Position numbers and translations under genes: made by a program. This document shows, piece after piece, positions 36,401 through 48,400 of a stretch of 64,000 nucleotides of DNA. Numbering within the stretch: the stretch's first letter is position 1; each line of letters begins with the position of its first letter. The DNA is from Ylistrum balloti (taxonomy: Eukaryota): the NCBI RefSeq assembly GCF_031769215.1, contig NW_026782443.1, positions 620,001 through 684,000 of the forward strand, given 5' to 3'. The notes under the pieces are model-generated. The model saw only the letters and a program-made list of their open reading frames with translations, had not been told where the DNA came from and did no database searches.

Positions 36401-39400
36401 AATGGACGTAAAATGTTTTGTACAGTTTTGCAGCGTTATGTTGTTGTGCTCTCATGTGATTGTTTATTTCACGTATATATAGGAATGCTACCTAAACTTG
36501 TGTCAAAATCATACCAACTGTCAAATCATACCATCATTATGGAAGAAGCTAAAGCAGGTTAGTACTGACTTCATTACTACGAGAAGTTTGTCAAGACACA
36601 ACAATGTTTTCAACATCAAATATTGCCGACAATATTTCCATGCGTCTTGATATTTCAGGGATCAAATTTCATAACAAAAGTGACCCTCAAAAAATCATCC
36701 CCATGACAATAATTGGCTATATGGTATATAGAATCATGAAAGTTTTTTTACAAGAGGCCCACTAGGCCTGAACAACACACCTCTTCTGCTGCTTACAGAG
36801 AAGACATTGTAGGTTCCTTAAGTCAAATTCTGCAAACTTAAACCTTATTCCTAAACAATGCTACTACATATACCATGGCCCTGGGGGCATTGGTTCATAA
36901 GAAGAAGAGGTTTAAAGCTGTTGACACATACAACTCATGTGATATGGAAAATCAAGGTGACTGATTGAATCATTGGTAGCTATTCATCCCAGGATGCTAC
37001 CATTCAAATTCAGTGCCCTAGATGTTTTGGTTATTGAGAAGAACTTGCTTAATTGGAAAAGATAACAGCCACAAGACCATGGATGCTGTGCCATTCATCA
37101 TTATCGGGATTTTGCATACTTTACACAACACCATTGTGGACAGTGTTTCAAGGATTTTAATCGTTAGAAATAAAGAAAACATAACAAATTTCACTAAAAA
37201 CAAAAGTGCATCTGCTATAAAATAAACATCTTATGTCTTCAAATAAAATTTGCTTCTTAAGAGATAATTTTATCACGCTGCAAACATATCCTTTCTGATG
37301 AGGTGAACAAATAAATAAAGGCACACAGAAAAAACTCACATCTACTGATGGATTCATCTCTGTTCTCATCATAATCCACCTCTGTATCTGTCTCAATGTC
37401 TTCAGGATTCTACAATAAATTATACATAGTAGTATCATTGTCACCCTGTTCTCTAGATTTCATATTCAAAATGCAGATTGTGACAATTTTCCCCCTGTCC
37501 TCTAGATTTTACATTTAAAATGTACAGATTTTTTAGGATTTTTGCCCTGTCCTCTAGATTTTATATTCAAACCATGCATATTAATGTAATGTCCTTCTCG
37601 TCAAGTAAAAATTCCAAATCAGTAAATATTACAAATCTTCATAAATATTTCTTTTGAGAATATGACCATTGCATCAGAAATTGGCAATAACACTCTTGAA
37701 ATCCCACGCTGAATCCTAAAGAATATCTGAGGTAAGTTACTGGGTTAGGAAGTTGGTTTACTTTGAACAGTTGAACTCACTTAATGTGATGTCTGTGAAT
37801 GTCTCTTTCAGGTTAGTATCATGTTTTCTTGAAACACCAGTTTTTTCCCTATACACATTATATGTAATCCAACATGTGATAATGTCACTTATTTTCATGT
37901 GGGCAACACTTAATATCACTTCATTTTGCTGACTATCACAAAAAAAACCCATGATTATTATACTTAAGTTCTACTAACAATAACCATAATCTTCTGACTT
38001 CCTTAGGCCAAGCATTAGTAAATATTTACTAGTAAACATAACTAAACCCAAATCATGACAACATGAGAATAGCAGATCATGTTTTTAACTACTGATACTG
38101 TGTGAAACTTCAGCTCAAATACGTACCCTGTTCATTAGCACTGCCTGTCGAATGTCTCGCACTCCGTCATAAACCAACTGGGATGCGTCATAAAACTCGC
38201 TCTCATCAGGGTCACGTGGGGGATTACTGCTAAGTGCATCCACAGCCATTTCTACCTTCTCCGCGAAGTTAGGCATTACTATGCGTAAAATAACACAAGT
38301 CAAACAAATTCACAAATTAAAAATGACATGAGATAGGCAATTTTTGATTGATGTAGCACAAGTTAGGCCTCCATGTCTACAGAACAATGACACTGAGTAA
38401 GCAACAGAATGGTCGATGTTTTCAATAATAAAGAATTGGATAAAATATTTACTTACAGCTTGTTTTTCCCCCTCTTTTATGCATTTTTTGCAACTGTGTA
38501 TAGAGAGCTAGCTTCACATTAATTTTTTGTGTAATCAAGCATTTTACTGACCTTGATCTCGAAGCATTGCAACAGCTTCCATGACCCTGTCAGTGTATTG
38601 ACCATTCTCATAGTTGTCCATCTCGGCCGACACCACATTACATACTCGCGCTGACCGTCCACGAATGGCCCCAGCTGTTCGGTCGAGTGTGTCAGCGTCT
38701 CCCTCCTGTAGGGCCAGTACACACTTGTTCACATCCTCCAGGATATGACTTTCTGTAAAAGGAAGACAACTCTGAATAGAAAACTGACGTAATTTTAATA
38801 TCTGACAAAACGCACCAACATGGACTATTGACATTCATAAAATCTTATCTTAATAACATGATTTTCAAACTTTAAACAACAAAGAAGAATACTTCATCGT
38901 TTTATGGTCTTGAAATATAAATTCTTAAAACACAGCAAGTTGAGCGAAGTAAAACACGGGTAAGATTGTGATATTGTTTTCCCATTATCATTTATTAAGC
39001 TTTTCACACCTAACTTATTGCCACAAATGAAAATGTTTACGTTTAAACAAGAACATGTGTTATAAATATTCTACATCATCATTAAGGATTGTCACATACT
39101 GACACAGGATGCTGATGTGTTAACATACCTGACACTGCAAGGAAGTCATCGATGGTTGTAATATCGTCCACAGCATCAGTAAGAATCCTCACCTGACCTT
39201 CCCATGTATCCTTGAAAACATCCATGTTCTCCTGTGCAACCTTTGACCTTGGACGACTTGCCAAAATGCGAGCAGCATTTATGACCTTTATGAAATAAAT
39301 GATTAGATCAACATCTCGACATCCTGACAAATATACCAGATAAATAAGTACAGGGGAGTGGAACTGTTGCCTCAAATCCCGACCATCTGAAATTTTCTTG

Positions 39401-42400
39401 ATATATCTTTTAACAACCAATTTAAGTCCTTTAATTCACAAAAAAATATCATGCTAGCATTCCCCATCACCCAATCCCAGCTCTTAAACCCTTTCTAGAA
39501 TAGCTCACTAGGGTCTCACCTGTGGGCAAAGACTCTCTATCTGAGCCGCAGACATGCGGACAAGCTTCACGCCCTCCTCGTTACTGGACATAGAGCAGGC
39601 AAGTCTCGCCACCTAGAATTCATGATAAACACAAATAACTATACACATATATAACTAAACTCAGCGTTTTAATGACAAATTAATGGATACAACTCTTATC
39701 AATTCAAAAGGTATGTAAGACAAACATATTCATATCTTAGATCAGAATCAATGCTGTGTTCAGTGTTTTGTGATCATTATAAGGAAAAAATCTTCAGTAA
39801 CTAAATTCTTCTTTGGGTAAACACAATTTGACACAAAATGAAGTCACTGACATTGACAAGAAAATTGAACAGATCCAAGCAAAGTGTAAAACTACATGAT
39901 TGTCTTGATTAAAACAATGAACAGAAAATATGAAATCCAGTGCTTGATAATAAGATCTAATATTATTCTAAAAACCACCAGAAGACCTATACCTCCACAA
40001 GCTTGTTGGCGTGTTCCTCAAACACCTTAGCATACTCCTCCACACCTTTCTCGTCTCCTGCCTTGGCTGCCTCGATAAGGACCAGTAATGGTACATTTGT
40101 CTCCAGGAAGGAGTCGGACACATGGTCCACCACAGCTTTCCTCAACTATTGAAAATGGATATTACAGCAATTAATAGGAGTTATATACAGACTCACTTAG
40201 ATTTGTTTTGTGAAACAAAAATATTCTATTTACAATAAGAAACAACATGAATCTTTTCAGTCGTCTGCTATCAGTCAAATTTCCCAGTCAAAACTGATAC
40301 CAAGATTGATATTGAAACTGAATGCTTAATGATACCTGATACCTCACTTTTTCTAAAATACGCTGTTAACATTTCATTGTCTCCTTGTCATAGTTAAATA
40401 ACATACATCCTTAAGTATTCTTGCCAAAGTAAAATAACATACATCCTTAAATCTCCATGTCATAATAAGGCAGCATACATCCTTAAGTTTTCTTGTCATA
40501 GTAAAATAACATACATCCTTAAGTCTCGTTGTCATAATAAAATAACATACATCCTTAAGTCTCCATGTCACATTTAAGTACTAACTGTTTTACCTAGAGA
40601 ACGAAAGTAAAAAGTTGGAAGGTATATATCAAAATATCATAAACACTGAATAAATAGGAAATTGTGTGTAGCATGGTTACCTGATCAAGTCAAACTGTCT
40701 GACAAAAAGTATTCACTTGGTTTTCTTCACATTAGATGTATTACAACTTCTTACCTGTCTACGCAAGTCCTGCGTTTTCTTCTGCATGTTTTCTATTGCT
40801 TGTTCCAGTCCTTCACTTGGCTCACTGCGTCCCGTCTAAAACACACCAAACACAAAGTGATTCCTCTTATCTTTATATAGTAAACATATAGAGAGCTCTA
40901 AATACTGACTGTACAATGTAAATCTCAAATCAATATCAAATGATAATGGGAAATACACCACCAACATTTCTAATCTTCCTAACTTCATGTCAGTCATAAG
41001 ATTATTAGCATGGCTGGAATTTCAAGACACCCAACAGCTTTGTAAACCCGAATAAACCAACTAATCATGTTATAAGACTTCACATTGCTGTTTCATTACT
41101 AAAGTTACAGATTCCTCATATCACAAACAACGTAACAATTACCCATATAGCAATACAGAAATTAATATTGGAAAAAAAAATCAAAAAGGATACTTTGGAA
41201 AGTGAATTTTAATCCAAATTTCAGACATTATATCTGTACACAGTACAGAACAGTTCTTTTTTAATTTTCATCCAAAAAGTCACTCTTTTTGAGGTAAACA
41301 ATTATTGAGTTCCCATAGCGATATACATGTTTCTATTTCCATCTCAAGATTCCTCTACCATGCATATGTTTAAGGTTTTGGTGATATCACAGACCTGTGA
41401 TCTAAACTAGTGAGTGAGCTCTACTGTATAAATGATAACGTACACCTGAGTACCTGAAAAATCTATATATAGCTAGCCCACTACCATATATTACATACTG
41501 TAAAATAATCAGTTTTTGTGGGGTTTTATTTTCATTTTTTCGGTGGTAAACAAGGAATCCGTATGTGCATAGACTATTTAACAGTTAATATTTTACATCA
41601 CAATATAGCATTCAGTATTTTGTGGGCACTGTAAGAATATGTTAATGAAAAGCTATGAAAATTTGAGCCCCAAAGAAATTAATTATCATACAGTATTAAC
41701 AAGTACACTCTTACAAAAATGGAAATTGACAGTCATGGTAATACTCAAGATATATTAACTTACTTTGACTGGTACATACATTTAATTAAGACATGAAAAC
41801 TTTGTCATTGAAAAGGTCATTTAGTAGTCTTCAATTAACACATTAAACTAGTCAAGAAAACTTTATCATTGGAAAGGTCATCTGATTGTTGCGTGAACCC
41901 CGAATTAAAACTGAATTATGACGTGAGAATTTTGTCCTCAGAAAGGCCATTTAATTGTCTTCAATTTACATATTTAACTACGAACACTTTATCACTGGAA
42001 AGGTTGCTTGATTGTCTTGAAATTTCATCAAATATGAAATAAAATGAGCAGCATTATACAGTTCTTAATTAACAAACTACTGATGAAAACATGTCTTCTT
42101 TACAGTTCTTTATAAATACATTTTATACAAGAACTTCTACACAGGCATTCTAATATCAAACAGATTATGACAAATTTGATTCTACCGATCAAAATTTCTC
42201 TTTACATGGAGTTGTCTCCCTTATATCGTCACACAGCAGCAGACCACAGATCATGCAAAACAGGAGACATGCATTGATAACCACTTCATTTAAAAAGAAA
42301 TCTTAGCAACAAAAAAGTTCAAGATGAACAAAATGATGAATATAAAACAATACTTGCATGTAAAACACAACCACAATGTATCTATCTCAGTGTTGCAGAT

Positions 42401-45400
42401 AAGCCTTGTATTTTACCTTCCAAAACTGATGTAATATGCATTGATAACATACCAGTCAAGCAGACATATTTTCATTTGGCTATCAATGCTTAATGACATA
42501 AGTTCAAGAACAGGACTTTCCCCAGCATCCTTTCTAACTTTGTACTATCAAAAACCCTATTATATGAAAGGCTTTTCCCATTCTAGACCTGCTTAATCGA
42601 CTCCTATTGTAAATAAGAAAATTTCAATTTTCTAATCACATCTCTACCAGTACCTGAATAAACAGTGAAGTAGAAATGGAAATTCATCTAGGAATTGACA
42701 GTTATTTGAACTCGATTTTATTTCAAGATCTAATTTGTATCTATATCCATCAAACAATTTTGTCAAACTGGTCATAAGTAGTTGGTTGTATTTGTGATAA
42801 GAAAATATATAAACAGAATTTGTACTGCCCAAGATTTCCACAAATATTATCAAAACTTGAACAAATATGGAGAGTGGAATGTTTCTAAATAGTGTTCTGT
42901 CACCAAGTCACACCATTTCTCACACTACAACTTCAATAAAAAACCGAAAAACTCATTCTGTTCAAAAATTGTTGACTGAAAACAAAAAACAGGTAGAATA
43001 CACTAAACAATAGTCCCATGGGTCGCAACGGTCATCTGACTTCAAAAAAGTCAGTAAAGTTTCAGCTCAACCAACATTCAAACATACCCCAAAAATAACA
43101 ACACTTGGTCAAGACCATCTCAGGATCATTTCTGACAAGTTGCAGTTCAATTGCAATGGTGAAACTTGAGAAGAAGTTTGAAATAGTTGTTGCGTAGGAA
43201 AACCATGATTGTGCAATGTCACCAAATGGCCTCCCTGGCTGCCGTATCAAAGTTTTGACCAGGTTGGAAAATATTAACACTTTGTTGGCTACCTTTCCTT
43301 AACATTCAAACCAATTTTTAGCTCAATGGCAATGGTACAACTGGAGAAGAAGAAGTTTAAAATATCTTTTTCAAGATGGTGGCCATCTTGGATTTCAAAC
43401 ATACCCGAAAAATAACAGCACTTGGTCAGGACCATCTCAGGATAATTTCATGCAGGATCATTTTCATGCACGATGGATATAGGTCATCATGACCCTTCAG
43501 ATGACCCAAAAAAATCAAAACAACAACAATTTTCAACCAAAAATTGAGAAAACAAACTTGTCTACAACAAATGTCTACAGCTGCTTGAGCCCTGAAGATG
43601 GAGGTGTTAAATGCGTTAATGTTACAAGATATTTATTCTTAAATCCGGTTATGAAATGTTAATTTATCATACATGAATATGTATGATACGTATAATGAAT
43701 ATGCATGACTGGAAAACACGAACATGAATATGCACGATCATGAAAATGACCCAAATTTGCATATGCAGTAATAGGAGCACACATTGCTGTTTGACAAAAA
43801 CTCGGCAAGAACTTTAGCATTCCATGCCAAGAAAGATTGAAATTTTACTGGAAAGCCAATGACTTGCTGAACCACGGAGGGGTTCAACTTTCCATACAAG
43901 GAAGCTGGTACGTGACACTGTGATGGACAAAAAAGTAATATACAGAGGTATCAGTTAGTTAACAACACATCCGATGGTGGATATTGTAAGCATGTAAGCA
44001 TTTAAAACACTGATTAGAAAGTTATCTTAGAAGTATAATTATGATGAAACTTGGCTTCTCATTTCAGTAATTTTTTTAAAAATACAAATTGGTTATCTGT
44101 TAATTCCATTTAACCGATGTGAGAAAATTTGTTATTTTCATGTTAAAAAGTGATTTATAAAGAAAGCTTTATTACTGAATTAAATATTAGTATAATGTCT
44201 CTTTCATATCCTTTAATTCCATCTGTGTACAAAAATCTTTCTCATCAAAAAGGAAACATCTGTCTTCAAACACAAAGACAGTCCCAACAATCTGCTCACT
44301 TCTACCTGTATATAAAATGTATTCACAATAATACAGAGAAAAAATAAATAAAAATTAACACTCTGGAAAGTCAAAAACTGAATACAAATGTACAAAACCA
44401 TTACTATATACAAACGACCAACTAAAAAGAAAAACACCAATATTTTTATAATATAAACAAACAATTATCCATTTCATATGTAACCCCAGTAAAATACTAG
44501 CTGCAATATACCACACGCATAGAGAAAATTTCTCTTGATCTTGATCGGTTGAGCGTCTAAACTAGTAAACCTGAAGGTCTGGGTTCAAATCCAAGTTGAG
44601 GCATTGATATAAATAATGACTTGTCTTACACATATTAAAAATAACAGATATATTTTTGCTGAAAACTTTTGAAAAAACATTTTCAATATTTAATTCAAAT
44701 TTAATAATGTAAAGCTGGTTGGTTGCCTTCTCAATGGCATCTAGGATGAGAAAATTGGTATCTAGGGCGAAAGAATTGGTATCTAGGGCGAGAGAGTTGG
44801 TCTCTATGGTGAAATTGGTATCTAGGGTCAGAGAATTGGTATCTAGGGTGAGAGAATTGGTATCTTGGGTGAAGGAATTCAACAGATTTTCAACACTCAC
44901 ATTATTCATGTATTCGGAGAGAAGATCTTGAAGTGCCTGTCTAACATTGTTACATTCTCGTACAATCTTTTCTCGGCGATCGTCACGAGTACAGGAGGAA
45001 TCGGCCATCAGGGCAGCACCACTGATGATACTTTCCAACCTCTCCTCTAAGGACTGTCGTGTTCGTACTTCATTATAAGATAACGGATCCATGATGATCT
45101 TTTGCTGAAAATTACAAAGAGATATTCAAAAGAATTTCATAATTAAGACGACCATTGCGTAAAAAAATAAAAATGTACAATGAAACACACCAAAAAGTTA
45201 CAATTAAAGAACATGTCATAATAAATGTAAGACATAAGAAACGAAACAACACACAACCCCATCGTACCATGAGTTCATCAAGTGCAGCAGCCAGTTCTCC
45301 AGCCCCATCATAAGGATGAGCATCAGAAGCACCAGACGCCTGGGCTACGCCGGAGATCGTGTTGACAGCGTCTAGGAGCTGACGGTAAGAAAAGTCGCGA

Positions 45401-48400
45401 TTCTCTCGAGCAGGAGCCAGTTCTGGGTGACGAATATAAGCCTATCAGAAAAAATACAAATGAATTAAAGTAACATATGAAAGGCTTAGCGGCCTTGACG
45501 GTCACCCGAGGTAAGCAATATTGAAAATAAAGGTTAAAGGAAAGTTATTAAGTGTTATGAAACAGAAATTGTGATACTGAATACAGTAAGCCAATGTCAA
45601 TACATGTATACCATCAAAACTCTCATCCTATACTGATAATTTTTATATAGTTATTTACAGTGGGAAATAACCAACGTTATGCTCAAAAATGCAATTTTTC
45701 TATGAAAATTACAGTGAAGTCTAAAAAATATATTCCTCTCCAGGATGAAATGTAGGAATCATTTTGGTAATTTAAAGCACCCTAAGATCATATCTGGATG
45801 TTGAGAAGAAGATAATTGAAATTTAAGTCAATTTCACCCCTTTTTGCCCCGCCCATCAGCACCTAGGGGTCAGTCAGGATCAAAACGGGCATACCATCAA
45901 TCCATCATCCTTCACTCATAATTCTAACCAAGTTTGAAATATTTCCAAGGGAAATTAAACAAATTATGCTCAAAAACCTAGTTTTCCCATATCAACTATA
46001 TTAAACTTTACCTCTCCCCATTGGGGAAATTTCAGACCCTTGGGCCATGAATTTCACAGTTTTGGTAAAGCAATCTGGGTCTTTAGATTAAGATTTTTGA
46101 AATCCTAGTCAATTTGACCACTTTTGGTCCTGCCTCTCAGGACCCAGGAGGGAAGGGGACTGTATAATTCACAATTTTGGTTTATCTAAGGTCAGGGAAG
46201 TTTTCTGCAAAACTTCAATGAAATCGGATCAGTGGTTTTGTAGAAGAAGTCAAAAATGTTAAATTGTTCACAGATATGACATCGGAAGAAGGTGATTAGA
46301 ATAAGTCACCATGAGACTTCTCAGGTGACCTTTAACTTTTTAGTGCCATGTTGTTTCCATAACTAATCATTAATACATATTTTGTAGCATTTAGTAGTTC
46401 TTACAGAGGAGAAATATTGACACTATATAGAATATCAGAAATTAACATTACCTTGGAAGCTGTTAGTAGCATCATACTATTTTTCTTGAGGACAGCCCGA
46501 GCAGCTGCAATTTCATCCCGTCTACGAGGATCCTTCAGATCCTACAAAAACACATCATGTCACAATTATCACTGCTGTTTGTTTTCACATCAAACATGTG
46601 AGTAAAATCTATACTTCAAATTTTTTTTATTTAAATCGATGACCTCCCTAGTGACATCATCACATGTGCTTATTTCTCGTTTATTATTATCCTGAAACAT
46701 AATATCAAAACATTTCAACATTTTCATTAAATTTATTACCTAAACCTGTCTTATACGATTAGATTTAAAATACTTAACTATGTTTAGCTGGTAGTACTCA
46801 TTGAGAATATAGTTTAGCTATATTCTGGTCAATAAAGGCAGTGTTAAAAGTCAATAAATATGAAGTAAACATTTCTACAATCAAACAAAATTTCGGAAAC
46901 ATCTGTGATGCTTGTACATAAGGACATCAGTTCTTAGACATAGAGGAAATTTAACGCTCCTGAATTAACACAAACTGTGACAACTGCAAAATATTAGCCC
47001 TGCGAAATTCAACAAACAGTATATGATACTACTAAAACCTGTGTATTTCCTGAACTAACACAAACTGTGACAACTGCAAAATATTAGCCCTGCGAAATTC
47101 AACTAAACAGTATGTAACACTACTAAAATCTATGTATTATTAACACATGTTCATCATTGAAGGGATATTCTGAGCAAGTAACTATTTAAATAGATACTGT
47201 TTTATCAAAATTGTACATCATGGGCTTTTTTCCAGTTACCTGTGTTTCTACTGTTTGGAGCGTACATCATGCTTCTCATTTGATTTCAAAAATAGTCATG
47301 TGATAAATTTGCTACATTTAGGTCTAATTTTGAATTGTTCAGGTATGTCTGTATCAATTTTGTTTGTCTGACACTTGAAAGAAGTTTTGGTGCTGACAAC
47401 ACATAGAAGGCACTGAACATTATAATTCCATACTTGTAAACCTGTTTATTATGAAAACTTGCCTACATATCTTATATATGACGTCTGAACTTACATTTTG
47501 TCTCTGTTGAGCCTTAGCTGCTAAGTCAGCCAGACTTTCTCCCAAGTCTTTGAAACCTTCCATGAGCTCTTGCTGGCTAGCAGCATTCCTCACACGGTCA
47601 AGGTCACCCTCCACCTACACAGAGAGATGTATATGTTCAGTATGAATCATGCAATGTTACCTACAATGACACTTGAGTCACAAGGATATAAAAAATTAAC
47701 AATAATATTTTTTTTGAATTTTTTTCAGACAAATGTTAATTGAAAAATTTTTGTCTTTTCCATAAAAAAGATAACTGTGAATGCCATCCCCAGTATAAGT
47801 AAGTCCAATTACAGGCATACATATGTACAGATGTGACAACGTCATATCTGCCTCAACGAGTCCAACTTACCAGTCGAAGAGATTTCATTAACAGGTGAAC
47901 ATCCACCATGTCAGCCAAGATAAGGAGTCTGGTGACAGCTGATAGGAGAGCTCGGGCAGCCCGCACCATGGCACCCCGTTTCATGGAAGAACAGGGATCA
48001 GCAGCAAAGTCCTGGGAGGCATCTCTCATCTCCTCTCCTGCAATAAGGATAAAATCAAAATCTGTGAATAGATGAGTAACTGTGTCAGATAAGTTTCCTG
48101 ACAATTTTCTGTTGGTTTCCCAAGTATACTACACTAGACCCCACATTTCTGTAGTAAATAGTGTTTCCCTAATGTTAGAGCGACATGGCATATTGAGTCA
48201 ACTGCATATTTTACTGAGTAACTTTGCTTTGCCCCCTCCCCCCCAAGTGATATAACCCCCATGTGTCTGTTCTTCAACTGCTGTCAAATGTAATGTTGCC
48301 ATCAACCATTCACCAACAACAAAATGTATGACAGCAAAACGTACAAAAACAAAATGTTCGACAGCAAAACGTACAAAAACAAAACATACAACAACAAAAT